Origin: Mustelus asterias
Taxonomy: Eukaryota
NCBI RefSeq assembly: GCF_964213995.1
Contig: NC_135812.1
Location: forward strand, 79,546,001 to 79,610,000
Length of the DNA stretch: 64,000 nt
Direction of reading: 5' to 3'
The notes under the pieces are model-generated. The model made no database searches, was not told the origin of the DNA, and saw only the letters and a list, made by a program, of their open reading frames with translations. Numbering within the stretch: position 1 is the first letter of the stretch; each line of letters opens with the position of its first letter. Positions 13,836 through 25,868 of the stretch are shown in pieces. A program made the position numbers and the translations under genes.

Positions 13836-14316
13836 TTAGTGTCCAAAGATGTGTAGGTTAGATGCATTCGCCATGGTAAATGTGTGGGGTTACGGGGATA
13901 GGATAGTGGAGAGGGCCTAGGTAGCATATTCTGTTGGAGAGTAGATGCAGACTTGATGGGCTTAATGGCCTCCTTCTACTTTGTAGGGATTCTATGATTC
14001 TATTGTAAATTCAAAGTCAGTGCATTTTATACCGGCATATTCGAGTGGAAGCAATCTCTGTCAGTTTTCCATCCCAGAATCTGTTCCACGCCTTTTTTGG
14101 TTCATCCCACAATCCACCCATGAAGTTCCCAGCCATCTATTGAATATTAATTAACATGACAATCATTGGCACTGCGACCAAGACTTTCCTCATTTTACAC
14201 TCTTATTATACTATGGGTAAGTTAGAATGGAAAAGTCAGGTACAGCTGTTGATGGAAATAAGAATTATTTTAGCATGAAGATGGCTGTATGTCTGAATCA
14301 GGATTACCACAACTAG

Positions 14317-15629
14317 TGTGAAAATTGATTTTTTTAAATGTGTCTTTAAATACTTTAAATAAGCTGGGGAAAGTTAATAGAGCCAATTTGTCTGGAGAAT
14401 TCACAGATGAAAATGAATAGACATGCTAAATGCATGCATTTGTAATAAAGGTAGGGTCAGGTGGATTTATAAGTAAATTTTAGAAATTTGTATTAGGAGA
14501 TAGTGAGGGACTTGGTTTTTACAGTTGCTAAGTTTCAAAGCTGAGAAAAAGGCTTTTAAAATTTGCAAACATTTCATACATAAATAAGGGAAAGTTGTTA
14601 AATTTTATTTGACATGAAAGTCAGGCGGCACGATGGCACAGTGGTTAGCACTGCTGCTTCACAGCTTCAGGGACCTGGGTTCGATTCTCGGTTTGGGTCA
14701 CTGTCTGTGTGGAGTTTGCACATTCTCCTCGTGTCTGCGTGGGTTTCCTCCGGGTGCTCCGGTTTCCTCCCACGTCCAAAGATGTGCGGGTTAGGTTGAT
14801 TGGCCATGCTAAAAATTGCCCTTAGCGTCCTGAGATGCGTAGGTTAGAGGGATTAGTGGGTAAATATATGGGGGTAGGGCCTGGGTGGGATTGTGGTCGG
14901 TGCAGACTCGATGGGCCGAATGGCCTCTTTCTGTACTGTAGGGTTTCTATGATTTCTATAAAGGTAGGGGGGCATTGTGACAGGGCATTGGAAAATATAA
15001 AAGATAGAAAAATAAAAAAGGTGAGTTCAAAGAAGTGTTGAGGACAATGTAATGAAAGATGAAAGGGGAAAAGGATACTTAAGGAAAGATGTGGAGCTGA
15101 GCTGGGTTGGCCTTGTGGGAAGTCCTCCTGGGGGTAACTCTGTGCTGGCAGAAGATGTAAAGTTCAAATCAGCCATCTAATCAAGCTAGAGAAGTCTTGA
15201 GCTGCAAAGCAGTCTTGTTTCTGAAGTTTCTTGGATTTTCGCAGCAGAGTGGAGGCAAGGTTGTGAGGTTATGTGCTATACGACAGTGGCAGCTATTCAG
15301 CCTTGGATAATATACCTGGACTAGTTTAAAATGTATAAGGGAGTTTTGCCTGGAAGGTGTTTATTTAGGGGTCTTTTGGGGGATGTTTTATATGATTTTT
15401 AACTATGTAACTATAATCTTATGTACTTAAGTTTTATTTTCTTCTTGCTAATAAATCATTTAGTTTTAATTTTTTAAATCCCAAAAGTGTTGTTGGACTT
15501 CTTTGCGGCTGAGATCAGTACGGTTTCTTCCCATTTTTAGAATACAGAAAAAAAGGGTTGTGGTCCGTAAATCAAGTTTCCCTCTGGGATTGAATTACTC
15601 AACAATTATCATCTGGTGTCATCATAACA
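14317..15629 (+). mobile_element. Solo LTR with nested V-SINE (14625-14959)
   Basis: TG...CA termini; 4-bp TSD CTAG at 14313-14316 and 15630-15633. Confidence 0.7.
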
Positions 15630-15891
15630 CTAGGAACAACTTTGCGGAGTAACCTTTTTTTTATATTCAGTCCGATTGCTGTGTTTATTCTGAATATTAG
15701 TGAGAAAATTGAGACTTTTTTATTCTTTCATCACCCCTACCCACATTGGCATCTTCACTGGAGCAGGTTTCACATTCTATCCAAGTTAGTGATGTATATA
15801 GTGAGAAGTTGATGTTCTAGTACAGATCACGAGGGTACACCAATAGTCATGTCATGCCAAGCACAATATATTCCTTTCATACTTACATTTT

Positions 15892-16027
15892 GGCTGGAAT
15901 TCTCTGGCCGTTCCTACCCTGCCTCCGCTGCCAGCGAGAACGGAGGAGTTGACACTCAACCAATTCTCCATTCACTGCAGCAGGACTGGAGAATCCCAGC
16001 TGTGGGCGAGGTCAGAGAACCTGGCCC
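15892..16027. mobile_element. Short MITE
   Basis: Imperfect TIRs ggctggaattctctggcc / ggtcagagaacctggccc. Confidence 0.5.
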
Positions 16028-17699
16028 TTTATCTCTTGCCTCCCAACCAATAACTAACCTATGCTACAAGATTGTGTATACTTCCATGCTCTTTCAGTTT
16101 GACTATCATTGTCCTGGGTATAAGGATCAAATGTCTTCTGAAAGTCCGTGTAGACCATCCAGAGACACTTCCCTATCCATCGTGCAGCGACTTCCTTAAA
16201 AAAGCTGTCTAAATTAGTCAGACATGATCTACCCTTCGTAATCTGTGCTGAGTCAACAAATACACGTCGAAGCGTTCAGTCACTCTTCTCTAATTATGGA
16301 TTCCAGGAAGTTCCCATTGACTCACTGGACAAATCAGATTGGCAAGCTAGTCTGGATGATCAGTTCTTTGAGTCTTTTGAGGACAGTTTCTTCAAGTAGC
16401 ACATTCTAATACCAGTCAGAGAGCAGGCTGTACTAGATCTGGTAATGTGCGATGTGACAGTATTAATTAATGACTCCATCATGAAGGTGCCCTAGGTAGC
16501 AGTGATCATAATATGGTTGTGTTTTATATTTAGTTTGAGGGAGAGATGACTTGATCTAAGACTAGTGTTTTAAGCACATATAAGGGCAATTATTAGGGCA
16601 CAAAGACAGAGTTGGCAAAGGCGAACTGAGAAAATAAGTTAAGGGAAAGGTCAGTAGAAATGCAATGGCAATCATTTAAGAAGCTACTTCAGAATTCTCA
16701 GAAAAGACACATTCCAGTGAGAAATAAAGACTCCAAGGGAAGGATGCACCATCTGTGGCCAACTAAAGAAGGTAAAGGTAGTTGCTGATGGCGCACCTGC
16801 CATGGATTTCTCAGCGGTGAGGGGTGTATTCAATAGGGATAACTATTTATAATGGCAGGACCATATGATCTTGCCGCCAGTGAGCGGCATTCTGCCTTTC
16901 ACCGCCACAAAACATGCCGCAGAGGGGAAGGAATATCCTGTCCATTATCAAATTTAAAACAAAAGTGTATAACTCCACAAAGATGAGTGGTAGATGAGTC
17001 AATGGGTCAAGATATAAAGAACAGCAAAGAATAACTAAAAAATTAATAAGACAGGAGGAGTATCAGAGAAAGCTAGACAGAAATATAGAAACAGGTAATA
17101 AGGGTTATACCTGAGGCAAGTATAAGTATGGAAATCAAAGAAATGTTGGATGAGCCGAAGAGTTATCTTTACATCTATCTTTATTGTAGTGAATATAAAT
17201 AACATCCCAAAAAAATGAGGAATAATGAAACGATAGTTGCTACTTTCCAATCCACAGGCATAATTCCTGAACAAAGAAATTTCTGGAAAATTATGATGGA
17301 TACACCAACAGTTTTCTAACCAAAATCATTTAGGATGATGGGGGAATTTTATGGCCATCTGCCTGTGTGTTTAAAGATATGGGATATGGATAATAAAATA
17401 CAGTGGATGGCCTGCCTGCCATCTTTGCATTTGCCCCGACCTGCCGCCACTTTGGGGGACAGGAGAGGCATTGGGCAAGACACACCCCAAACTTCAAAAT
17501 ATGAAATTTGATCCAAAATGTTGGAAAGTGATTCATGGGACATGAGTTTACAAACCCTCAGTGGCAATCTAGATGTTCAGGGATGGGAGGGTGGGGTTGC
17601 GGCGGAGGCGGGGGGGGGGGGGGGGGGGTGCGCGGGGGTGGTGCAGGCATGGGAAGCCACATTGGGTGTGCTCGATAATGCAGCCCTGCTGCTGAGCTG

Positions 17700-18090
17700 T
17701 TTGTGTGTGAGCTATTGGTCAGGTGTGCAGGGGATGTGAAGGTGCATGCTGTGCAAGTATGTGTGTTTGCGGACTGGGTGTGATGTGGGTGCGAGTATGC
17801 AGGGAATGTATGCATGTGGGGTGTGGGTGTGCGCAGTGTGAGCGTGTGGGGAGGGGGTGCTGGTTTGTGTGGGATCCAATGAGGGGTGCATGTGTGTGGA
17901 ATGTGAGTTTGTGGGGGCTGCACAATTGTGGAATGTGGGTGTATGGGGTATGTGTGGGGTGCGTGTATGTGTGTGTGAGGGGGTGCATGTGGGGTGCAGG
18001 TGCATGTGGGTCTGTGTATGTGTGTGGGTGCGGGTGTGTGGATGTTGGATGCGGGTGTGTGTGGGTATGTGTATGTGTGGGGGCAGGTGT
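17700..18090 (+). repeat. GT-rich low-complexity tract
   Basis: Degenerate (GT)n / gtgtgggg; continues at 19390-19860. Confidence 0.85.
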
Positions 18091-18240
18091 TTTAAAGTTT
18101 ATTTATTAGTCACAAGTAGGCTTACATTAATCCTGCAATGAAGTTACTGTGAAAATCCTCTAGTCGTCACACTCTGGTGCCTGTTTGGGTACACTGAGGG
18201 AGAATTTAACATGGCCAATGCACCTAACCAGCACATCTCA

Positions 18241-19357
18241 GGAGCATTGGATCTCATGGGATAAAGGGGGAGGTGGCTAGATGGGTGGAGAACTGGCTTG
18301 GTCACAGAAGACAGAGGGTGGTAGTGGAAGGGTCTTTTTCCGGCTGGATGCCTGTGACTAGTGGTGTTCCGCAGGGCTCTGTATTGGGACCTCTGCTGTT
18401 TGTGATTTATATAAACAATCTGGAAGAAGGTGTAACTGGGGTGATCAGTAAGTTTGCAGACGACACAAAATTGGCAGGACTTGCAGATAGTGAGGAGCAT
18501 TGTCAGAGGCTACAGAATGATATAGATAGGCTGGAAATTTGGGCAAAGAAATGGCAGATGGAGTTCAATCCTGATAAATGCGAAGTGATGCATTTTGGTA
18601 GAAATAATGTAGGGAGGAGCTATACGATAAATGGCAGAACCATAAAGGGTGTAGATACGCAGAGGGACCTGGGTGTGCAAGTCCACAGATCCTTGAAGGT
18701 GACGTCACAGGTGGAGAAGGTGGTGAAGAAGGCATATGGCATGCATGCCTTTATAGGACGAGGCATAGAGTATAAAAGTTGGGGTCTAATGTTGCAGATG
18801 CATAGAACTTTCGTTCGGCCGCATTTGGAATACTGCGTCCAGTTCTGGCCGCCACACTACCAGAAGGATATGGAGGCTTTGGAGAGAGTACAGAGGAGGT
18901 TTACCAGGATGTTGCCTGATATGGAGGGGCTTAGTTATGAGGAGAGATTGGGTAAACTGGGGTTGTTCTCCCTGGAAAGACGGAGGATGAGGGAAGACTT
19001 AATCGAGGTGTATAAAATTATGAAAGGCATAGATAGGGTGAACAGTGGGAAGCTTTTCCCCAGGTCGGTGGTGACGTTCACGAGGGGTCATAGATTCAAG
19101 GTGAAGGGGGGGAGGTTTAACACAGATATCAGAAGGACATATTTTACACAGAGGGTGGTGGGGGCCTGGAATACGCTGCCAGGCAAGGTGGTGGAGGTGG
19201 ACACACTGGGAACATTTAAGACTTATCTAGATAGCCACATGAACGGAGTGGGAATGGAGGGATACAAAAGAATGGTCTAGTTTGGACCAGGGAGCGGCGC
19301 GGGCTTGGAGGGCCAAAGGGCCTGTTCCTGTGCTGTATTGTTCTTTGTTGTTCTTTG
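18241..19357 (+). mobile_element. 5'-truncated CR1-clade (HER1-like) LINE, ORF2 RT C-terminal part
   Basis: ORF 18273-19280 with GVPQGSVLGP, KFADDTK, RPHLEYC; ttctttgttgttctttgttc tail. Confidence 0.93.
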
Positions 19358-19389
19358 TTCGTTGGCCATGCTCAATTCTCCCTCAGTGT

Positions 19390-19860
19390 GTTTGTGATGT
19401 GCAGGTGTTTGGGGGTATGTGTATGTGTGCGGGTTTGTGTGTGTGTGGGGTGTAGGTGGGCATGTGTATATGTGTGGGGTGTAGGTGTTTGGGAGAGTAT
19501 ATGTATATGTGTGGAGTGCAGCTTTGGGTGTGTAGGGTGTATGTGTTTGTGGTTATGTGTATATATGTGGGATGTGGGTGCATGTGGGGTGTTTTTTTCG
19601 GGGGGGTATGTGTATGTGTGTGGAGTGCAGGTCTGTGTGGGGTTATGTGTATGTGTGTGGAGTGCAGGTCTATGTGGGGTTATGTGTATGTGTGTGGGGT
19701 GTGGGTGCGTGTGGAGTGTATGTATTTGGGGTATGTGTATGTGTGTGGGGTGCAAATCTGTGTAGTGATATGTGTATGTGTGTGGGTTTGTGTGTAGGTG
19801 CTGCGGGTCTGTGTGGGTGAAACTTGTGTGTGGGATACCAATATGTGTTTGGGGTGTAGG
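19390..19860 (+). repeat. GT-rich low-complexity tract
   Basis: Degenerate gtatgtgtgtgggg units. Confidence 0.85.
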
Positions 19861-20189
19861 TTTCTGAGGGATGAGATGTGAAAGCAGGGTACAGTGGAAT
19901 GAGAACAAGGCTCAGGATATTACCTCAAAGAAAGCTGACACTCTGCTGAGCTCTTCATTCAAGCTTCGGGGAAATCAGCTTTCCACCATTGATAGTAAAG
20001 ATGATGAGGTTTAGGAGGCGAGGGACATCCTCAGGTAGCCATAAGTGAGGTTGTGACTCTTCTCCCTTTCAACCATAATAGAAAATTCAACCATATTATG
20101 GTCCTTGTTTGCAAGATGTGCTGTTACTGTCAAATTGGTTCATTCCTCCTTACTAAACCTATTATCATAGAATCATAGAATCCCTATAG

Positions 20190-21068
20190 AGAACAAACAA
20201 AGAACAAACAAAGAACAATACAGCACAGGAACAGGCCCTTCAGCCCTCCAAGCCCGCGCCGCTCCCTGGTCCAAACTAGACCATTCTTTTGTATCTCTCC
20301 ATTCCATTCATGTGGCTATCTAGATAAGTCTTAAACATTCCCAGTGTGTCCGCCTCCACCACCTTGCCCAGCAGCGCATTCCAGGCCCCCAACACCCTCT
20401 GCGTAAAATACGTCCTTCTGATATCCGTGTTAAACCTCCCCCCCCCTCACCTTGAATCTATGACCCCTCGTGAACGTCACCACCGACCTGGGAAAAAGCT
20501 TCCCACCGTTCACCCTATCTATGCCTTTCATGATTTTATACACCTCTATTAGGTCACCCCTCATCCTCCGTCTTTCCAGTGAGAACAACCCCGGTTTACC
20601 CAATCTCTCCTCATAACTAAGCCGTTCCATACCGGGCAACATCCTGGTAAACCTCCTCTGCACTCTCTCTAAAGCCTCCACGTCCTTCTGGTAGTGTGGC
20701 GACCAGAACTGGGCGCAGTATTCCAAATGCAGCCGAACCAACGTTCTATACAACTGCAACATCAGACCCCAACTTTTATACTCTATGCCCCGTCCTATAA
20801 AGGCAAGCATGCCATATGCCTTCTTCACTACCTTCTCCACCTGAGACGTCACCTTCAAGGATCTGTGGACTTGCACACCCAGATCCCTCTGCGTATCTAC
20901 ACCCTTTATGGTTCTTTATCGTATAGCTCCCCCCTACGTTAGTTTTACCAAAATGCATCACTTCGCATTTATCAGGATTGAACTCCATCTGCCATTTCTT
21001 TGCCCAAATTTCCAGCCTATCTATATCCTTCTGTAGCCTCTGACAATGTTCCTCACTATCTGCAAGTC
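20190..21068 (-). mobile_element. CR1/HER1 LINE fragment, inverted relative to 18241-19357, inserted in a SINE
   Basis: ORFs 20430-20876 and 20776-20988; same subfamily tail. Confidence 0.92.
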
Positions 21069-21408
21069 AGAAGAGGTCATTCATCCCATCAAGTTTGCAT
21101 TGACTCTCTGACAGAGTATCCTACCCAGACCCTTTCCATCACCCTATCCTCGTAACCCCACACATTTACCATGGCCAATCCATTTAACCTACACATCTTG
21201 GGACACTAAGGGGCAAGTCAACATGGCCAATCCACCTAACCTGAACATCTTTGGATTTTGGGAGGAAAGTGGAGCACCCGGAGGAAACCCTCGCAGACAC
21301 AGGGAGGACGTTGAAATTTCACACAGTCACCCGAGGCCAGAATCAAACCCGGGGCCCTGGCACTGTGAGGCAGTAGTGCTAATCACTGTGTCACCATGCC
21401 ATCCCACG
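21068..21408 (-). mobile_element. HE1 SINE (tail at 20164-20189 split off by LINE)
   Basis: Reverse complement of the HE1 pattern. Confidence 0.85.
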
Positions 21409-21412
21409 TAAG

Positions 21413-21657
21413 TCAATTCGGGTCACTGTCTGTGCGGAGCCGGCACGTTCTTCCTATGTCCGCGTGGGTTTCCTCCGGGTGCTCCAGTTTCCTCCCACAG
21501 TCCGAAAGATGTGCTGGATAAGTGGATTAGTCTTGCTAAATTCTCCCTTGGTGTACTTGAACAGGCGCTGGAGTGTGGTGACTGGGGGATTTTCACAGTA
21601 ACTTCATTGTAGTGTTAATGTAAGCCTACTTGTGACATGATAAATAAACTTATAAAC
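21413..21657 (+). mobile_element. V-SINE
   Basis: V-domain and gtaagcctacttgtgac tail. Confidence 0.8.
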
Positions 21658-21927
21658 TTCTGAAACATATTTAGCCTGTGTTTGCTGCCAGGGTTTTGCA
21701 TCCATTGCTGCTGCTTCATTCTGTCTATACTATTTCACTGCTCAATCATCCTGACTGAAACTCCTTCTATTTGCAATAACTGTGTCTTTTAATAATGTTG
21801 CTGAGGAGTTAATCCAGTTTGGTGTGAAAACAAGGTGAAAAATGGTCATCCAGATTTACTGGTTTGTTCATGTTGGCTTTAGAAACTCTGACCCCAACAG
21901 AAAGAGTTTCCTGACCCTGAATATACT

Positions 21928-22070
21928 ATGATGTGGAGATGCCGGCGTTGGACTGGGGTAAGCACTGTAAGAAGTCTCACAACACCAAGGTTAAAGTCCA
22001 ACAGGTTTATTTGGTAGCACAAGCCACAAGTTTTCAGAGCGCTTCTCCTTCATCAGGTGAATGGGAGACT
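21928..22070 (-). mobile_element. Penelope 3' end/pLTR fragment with hammerhead motif (22025-22059)
   Basis: Closely matches 61544-61685; minus strand cac-CTGATGA-aggag aagcg ctct-GAAA-actt-gtg. Confidence 0.8.
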
Positions 22071-22078
22071 CCCACAGA

Positions 22079-22345
22079 CAGGGCCAGGGCCCCGGGTTCG
22101 ATTCTGGCCTCGGGTGACTGTGTGGAGTTTGTACGTTCTTCCCGTGTCTGCAAGGGTTTCCTCCGGGTGCTCCACTTTCCTCCCACAGTCCAAAGATGTT
22201 CAGGTTTGGTGGATTGGCCATGTTAACTTGCCCCTTAGTGTCCCAAGATGTGTAGGTTAAATGGATTGGCCATTGTAAACATAGGGTGATGGAGAGGGTC
22301 TGGGTAGCATACTCTGTCAGAGAGTCGATGCAAACTTGATGGGAC
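22079..22345 (+). mobile_element. HE1 SINE, near-identical inverted partner of 21083-21365
   Basis: Shares unusual substitutions with the 21 kb copy. Confidence 0.85.
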
Positions 22346-22346
22346 A

Positions 22347-23124
22347 GTAATACAGGTAGGAAATATACAGTAAATGGCAGAACCCTTAAGAGTATTGATA
22401 AGCAAAGGGATCTGGGTGTACAGGTACACATGTCACTGAAAGTGGCAATGCAGGTGGAGAAGGTAGTCAAGAAGGCATATGGCATGCTTGCCTTCATTGG
22501 CCGGGGTATTGAGTTTAAAAATTGGCAAGTCATGTTGCAGCTTTATAGAACCTTAGTTAGGCCGCACTTGGAATATAGTGTTCAATTCTGGTCACCACAC
22601 TACCAGAAGGATGTGGAGGCTTCGGAGAGGGTACAGAAAAGATTTACCAGGATGTTGCCTGGTATGGCGGGCATTAGCTATGAGGAGAGGTTGGAGAAAC
22701 TTGGTTTGTTCTCACTGGAGCGACGGAGGTTGAGGGGAGACCTGATAGAAGTCTACAAGATTATGAGAGGCATGGACAGAGTAGACAGTCAGAAGCTTTT
22801 TCCCAGGGTGGAAGAGTCAATTATGAGGGGGCATAGGTTTAAGGTGCGAGGGGAAAGGTTTAAAGGAGATGTACGAGGCAGATTTTACACAGAGTAGTGG
22901 GTGCCTGGAACTCGTTGCCAGGGGAGGTAGTGGAAGCGGATACAGTCGTGACTTTTAAGGGGCGTCTTGACAAGTACATGAATAGGATAGGAATAGAGGG
23001 ATACGGTCCCCGGAAAGGTAGAGAGTTTTAGTTCAGCCGGGCAGCATGGTCGGTGTAGGCTTGGAGGGCCGAAGGGCCTGTTCCTGTGCTGTAATTTTCT
23101 TTGTTCTTTGTTATTTTCTTTGTT
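22347..23124 (+). mobile_element. CR1/HER1 LINE 3' fragment
   Basis: ORF 22430-22897 (RPHLEYSVQFW...RGHRFKV); ttctttgtt tail abuts the U2-derived array. Confidence 0.92.
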
Positions 23125-24240
23125 CACTGGAGGACGTGCAATGCCTCTTCTTACCAGCTTGGATCATGTGGATCAAGCCCAAGACAGGAGGTGAGAGCCC
23201 TGTCTTGTCAGCTTGGATGGGGAATGTCTCACTTGATGAGACTCTGAATTGGATTTGATTGGACTGAATTAGATATATAAACAAAAAAAAAGTGTAGTAT
23301 CGACATGCTGTACTTGGTTGAAGTCATAAGTTACATTGTGGCTTCATTTGAAGCAATTTTTAAAAGCGGCATCTCGGCCTTTTGGCTAAGATGCAAATGA
23401 GATCAAACACTGGAGGGGATGCAATGCCTGTTCCTACCAGCTTGGATCATGTAGATCAAGCCCAAGACAGGAAGCGGCCAGCTTGTCTTGCCAGCTTGGA
23501 TCTGGAATGTCTCGTTTGTCGAGATTTTGATTTGGACTTTGATTGCATTGAATTGGATATAACAAAAAAAATGTAGTTTTGCTGTTCTGCACTTGAGAGA
23601 AGTTAATGCGGTTACACTGAGGCTTCATTTGAAACAATTTTTTAAAAACGGCATCTAAGCCTTTTGGCTAAGATGCAAATGAGATCAAACACTGGAGGGG
23701 GTGCAATGCCCACTCCTATCAGTTTGGATCATGTAGATCAAGCCCAAGACAGGAAGAGGCTTGCCTGTCTTGTCAGATTGGATCTGTAATGTCTCACTGG
23801 TTGAGACTTTGACTAGACCAATTTGGCTTTTGATTGGATATAACTAAAAAGAAAAAGTGTAATAGCTGGTCTTGGCCAATTAGGTTAAACTGGGGCTTCA
23901 CCTGAAGCAATTTTTTAAAAAATCCATCTGGGCCTTTTGGCTAAGATGAAGCTTAGATCCAGCCCGGGAATGGGTGTAATGCCTCATCCTGTCAGCTTGG
24001 ATCTTATCTGATCGAACCCAAGATGGGATGTATATCTTGTCTTGTCAGCTTGGATCTTCCTTGTCTCTCATGTGGGGACTCTGATTGGACCAAATTGGAT
24101 TTTTGATTGGGAATAAAGTACCAAAAGGTACAAAAAAATCAAGTGTCAGATCAAGCCCAAGACGGGATGCATGCCTTATCTTGTCAGCTTGGATCTTGTT
24201 TGTCTCCCTTAAGGGGACCATTAAATGGATTCAATTTGAA
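23125..24240 (+). repeat. Tandem array of rearranged U2 snRNA-derived units (~273-282 bp period)
   Basis: TCTCGGCCTTTTGGCTAAGAT (U2 nt 7-27) at 23372-23392, with variants near 23652 and 23925; AAGTGTAGTATC at ~23290; ATTAAATGGATT at ~24220; internal hairpins and A-rich tails. Confidence 0.8.
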
Positions 24241-24772
24241 ATTCTATGCAAATGTATTGCAGCACATCAGAATGCAACATGCCAGATGTGTATAGTTTGA
24301 ACAGAATTGTGAAAATATTGAAATGATTGTAATGTTGTCATTACTGAACTGAAGCACCTCAGAGAGCATCTTGATCTCTGGGGTGGCACGGTGTTGCCTC
24401 ACAGCGCCAGGGACCTGGGTTTGATTCCAGCTCGGGTCACTGTCTGTGCGGAGTCTGTATGTTCTCCCCGTGTCTGCTTGGGTTTCCTCCGGGTGCTCCT
24501 GTTACCTCCCACAGTTCAAAAGACGTGCTGGTTAGGTGCATTGGCCATGCTAAATTCTCCCTCAGTGTCCCAGAACAGGCGCGGAGTGGGGCGACTTGGG
24601 GATTTTCACAGTTACTTCATTGCAGTGTTAATGTAAGCCTACTTGTGACAATAATAAATAAACTTTAAACTTTTAGAGAGTGTGAAAATCATTGCTATTT
24701 ACTGTTATAATAATTTGAAATGTTTTGAAATGTGTCTTTCTGATTTTATATGAATAAAGTATACTTTTGCAG
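24240..24772 (+). mobile_element. Possible L1/Tx1-type 3' tail following the U2-derived array (interrupted by a SINE at 24381-24672)
   Basis: AT-rich tail ending tatgaataaagtatacttttg, a poly(A)-signal-like terminus; family assignment from recall only. Confidence 0.35.
24381..24672 (+). mobile_element. V-SINE
   Basis: Head, V-domain, tail. Confidence 0.85.
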
Positions 24773-25069
24773 AAGGAAAGAACAGGAAGTCCATGTTAAG
24801 GTCTAAGAGTGAAGATGGATTTAATTGGTATGATTCATCTGGGTTTTTTTCTGTTGTACGAGACGTGAGACAATATAAACTTGGACGAGCTAAAAATAAA
24901 TTATTTGGAATTTCCTTAGCCAATATTTCAGAGCTAATCTGCCGGAGAGAGTAACAAAGGGAAAATACGTGCAGACGCTGGAAGGGAGCAAATTTAAGAG
25001 AGGAAATCTGGCCTTTCCCTGCTAGCAGTTTCCTATGCTAGATTTCACACACTCCTTTGCTCCTATTAC

Positions 25070-25631
25070 TTCCTGGAATGCTCTGTGAGGAAGGATACCA
25101 AGGACGAAGTGTTTGACAATTGCAAGTCTAACTAACAGCAGTGTTGCTGGGGAAAGTTCTGTGAATGCACACCGCTCAGATACATTTGTTCCCCTTTTTT
25201 GGCGATTGAAACTCGTTATTTGCCAACCCGACTGCTGCTGGCCAGTCATATTGAAACAGAAAGTAAAAAACAAGGAAGAAAAAAAATCTGGAAGAGTCAA
25301 CTCTTCGCTGGCTTCAGTTTCAACGGCGGCGATGCACAGGAAAACGGTGGATGAACTGCAGAGATGACCTCTGTTCGCTGTTTGTTGTCAACACCAGCTA
25401 ACAGGCGCTGGTAACTTTCCCAGATTGATCAACAGATCGAGAGCCGACTGCCTCAACTTTCTCCCCGCAGATCCCAGCTTTCGGTTCCGAGTCCAGCGGT
25501 GTCCGGATCCCTGAAACACTCGCAGCAATTGTCTAAGTGTGGGATTTTGTATGGTGATTTCTGTTGGGTCAGTTTGAACCCCCGCTTGGTGCTGGACAGG
25601 TTGAACGTCTGCATTTTGTTGGATATAAAAG
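25070..25631 (+). promoter_or_regulatory. Gene 2 promoter and non-coding exon 1 (GAS, NF-kB, ISRE-like motifs)
   Basis: TTCCTGGAA 25070-25078; GGGAAAGTTC 25150-25159; GAAACAGAAAGT 25253-25264; GGTAACTTTCCC 25410-25421; donor AAG/gtacag at 25632; paralogous to 41626-42095. Confidence 0.6.
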
Positions 25632-25868
25632 GTACAGTTTGACTTTCAGAAACGTAAGAATTGTTTCATTGACATTTGTGTAAAGCTCACGTCCCCAGCA
25701 TCTGGTGTGAATTTGAGTAGTTCAACTATACACCCATTAAATTCCCGACAAAACCTACCTTACGATGCACAAACAAACTGAATCAGATTTGATTTCGATT
25801 ACTGAGGGTTGGGAAGCAGCAGGAGAACTGGCAGTAGTCTGGTACCATCCTGCTGGCAAAACATATTG

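Noticed and set aside
17558-19908. His/Thr- and Cys/Val-rich ORFs
   Set aside because: Derived from GT/CA low-complexity tracts.
23125-24240. CRISPR-like or functional canonical U2 gene array
   Set aside because: Eukaryotic context with no cas genes, and the spacers are homologous to each other. Units have an interrupted branch-pairing region, no U2 3' half and no recognisable PSE, so they are not canonical U2 genes.
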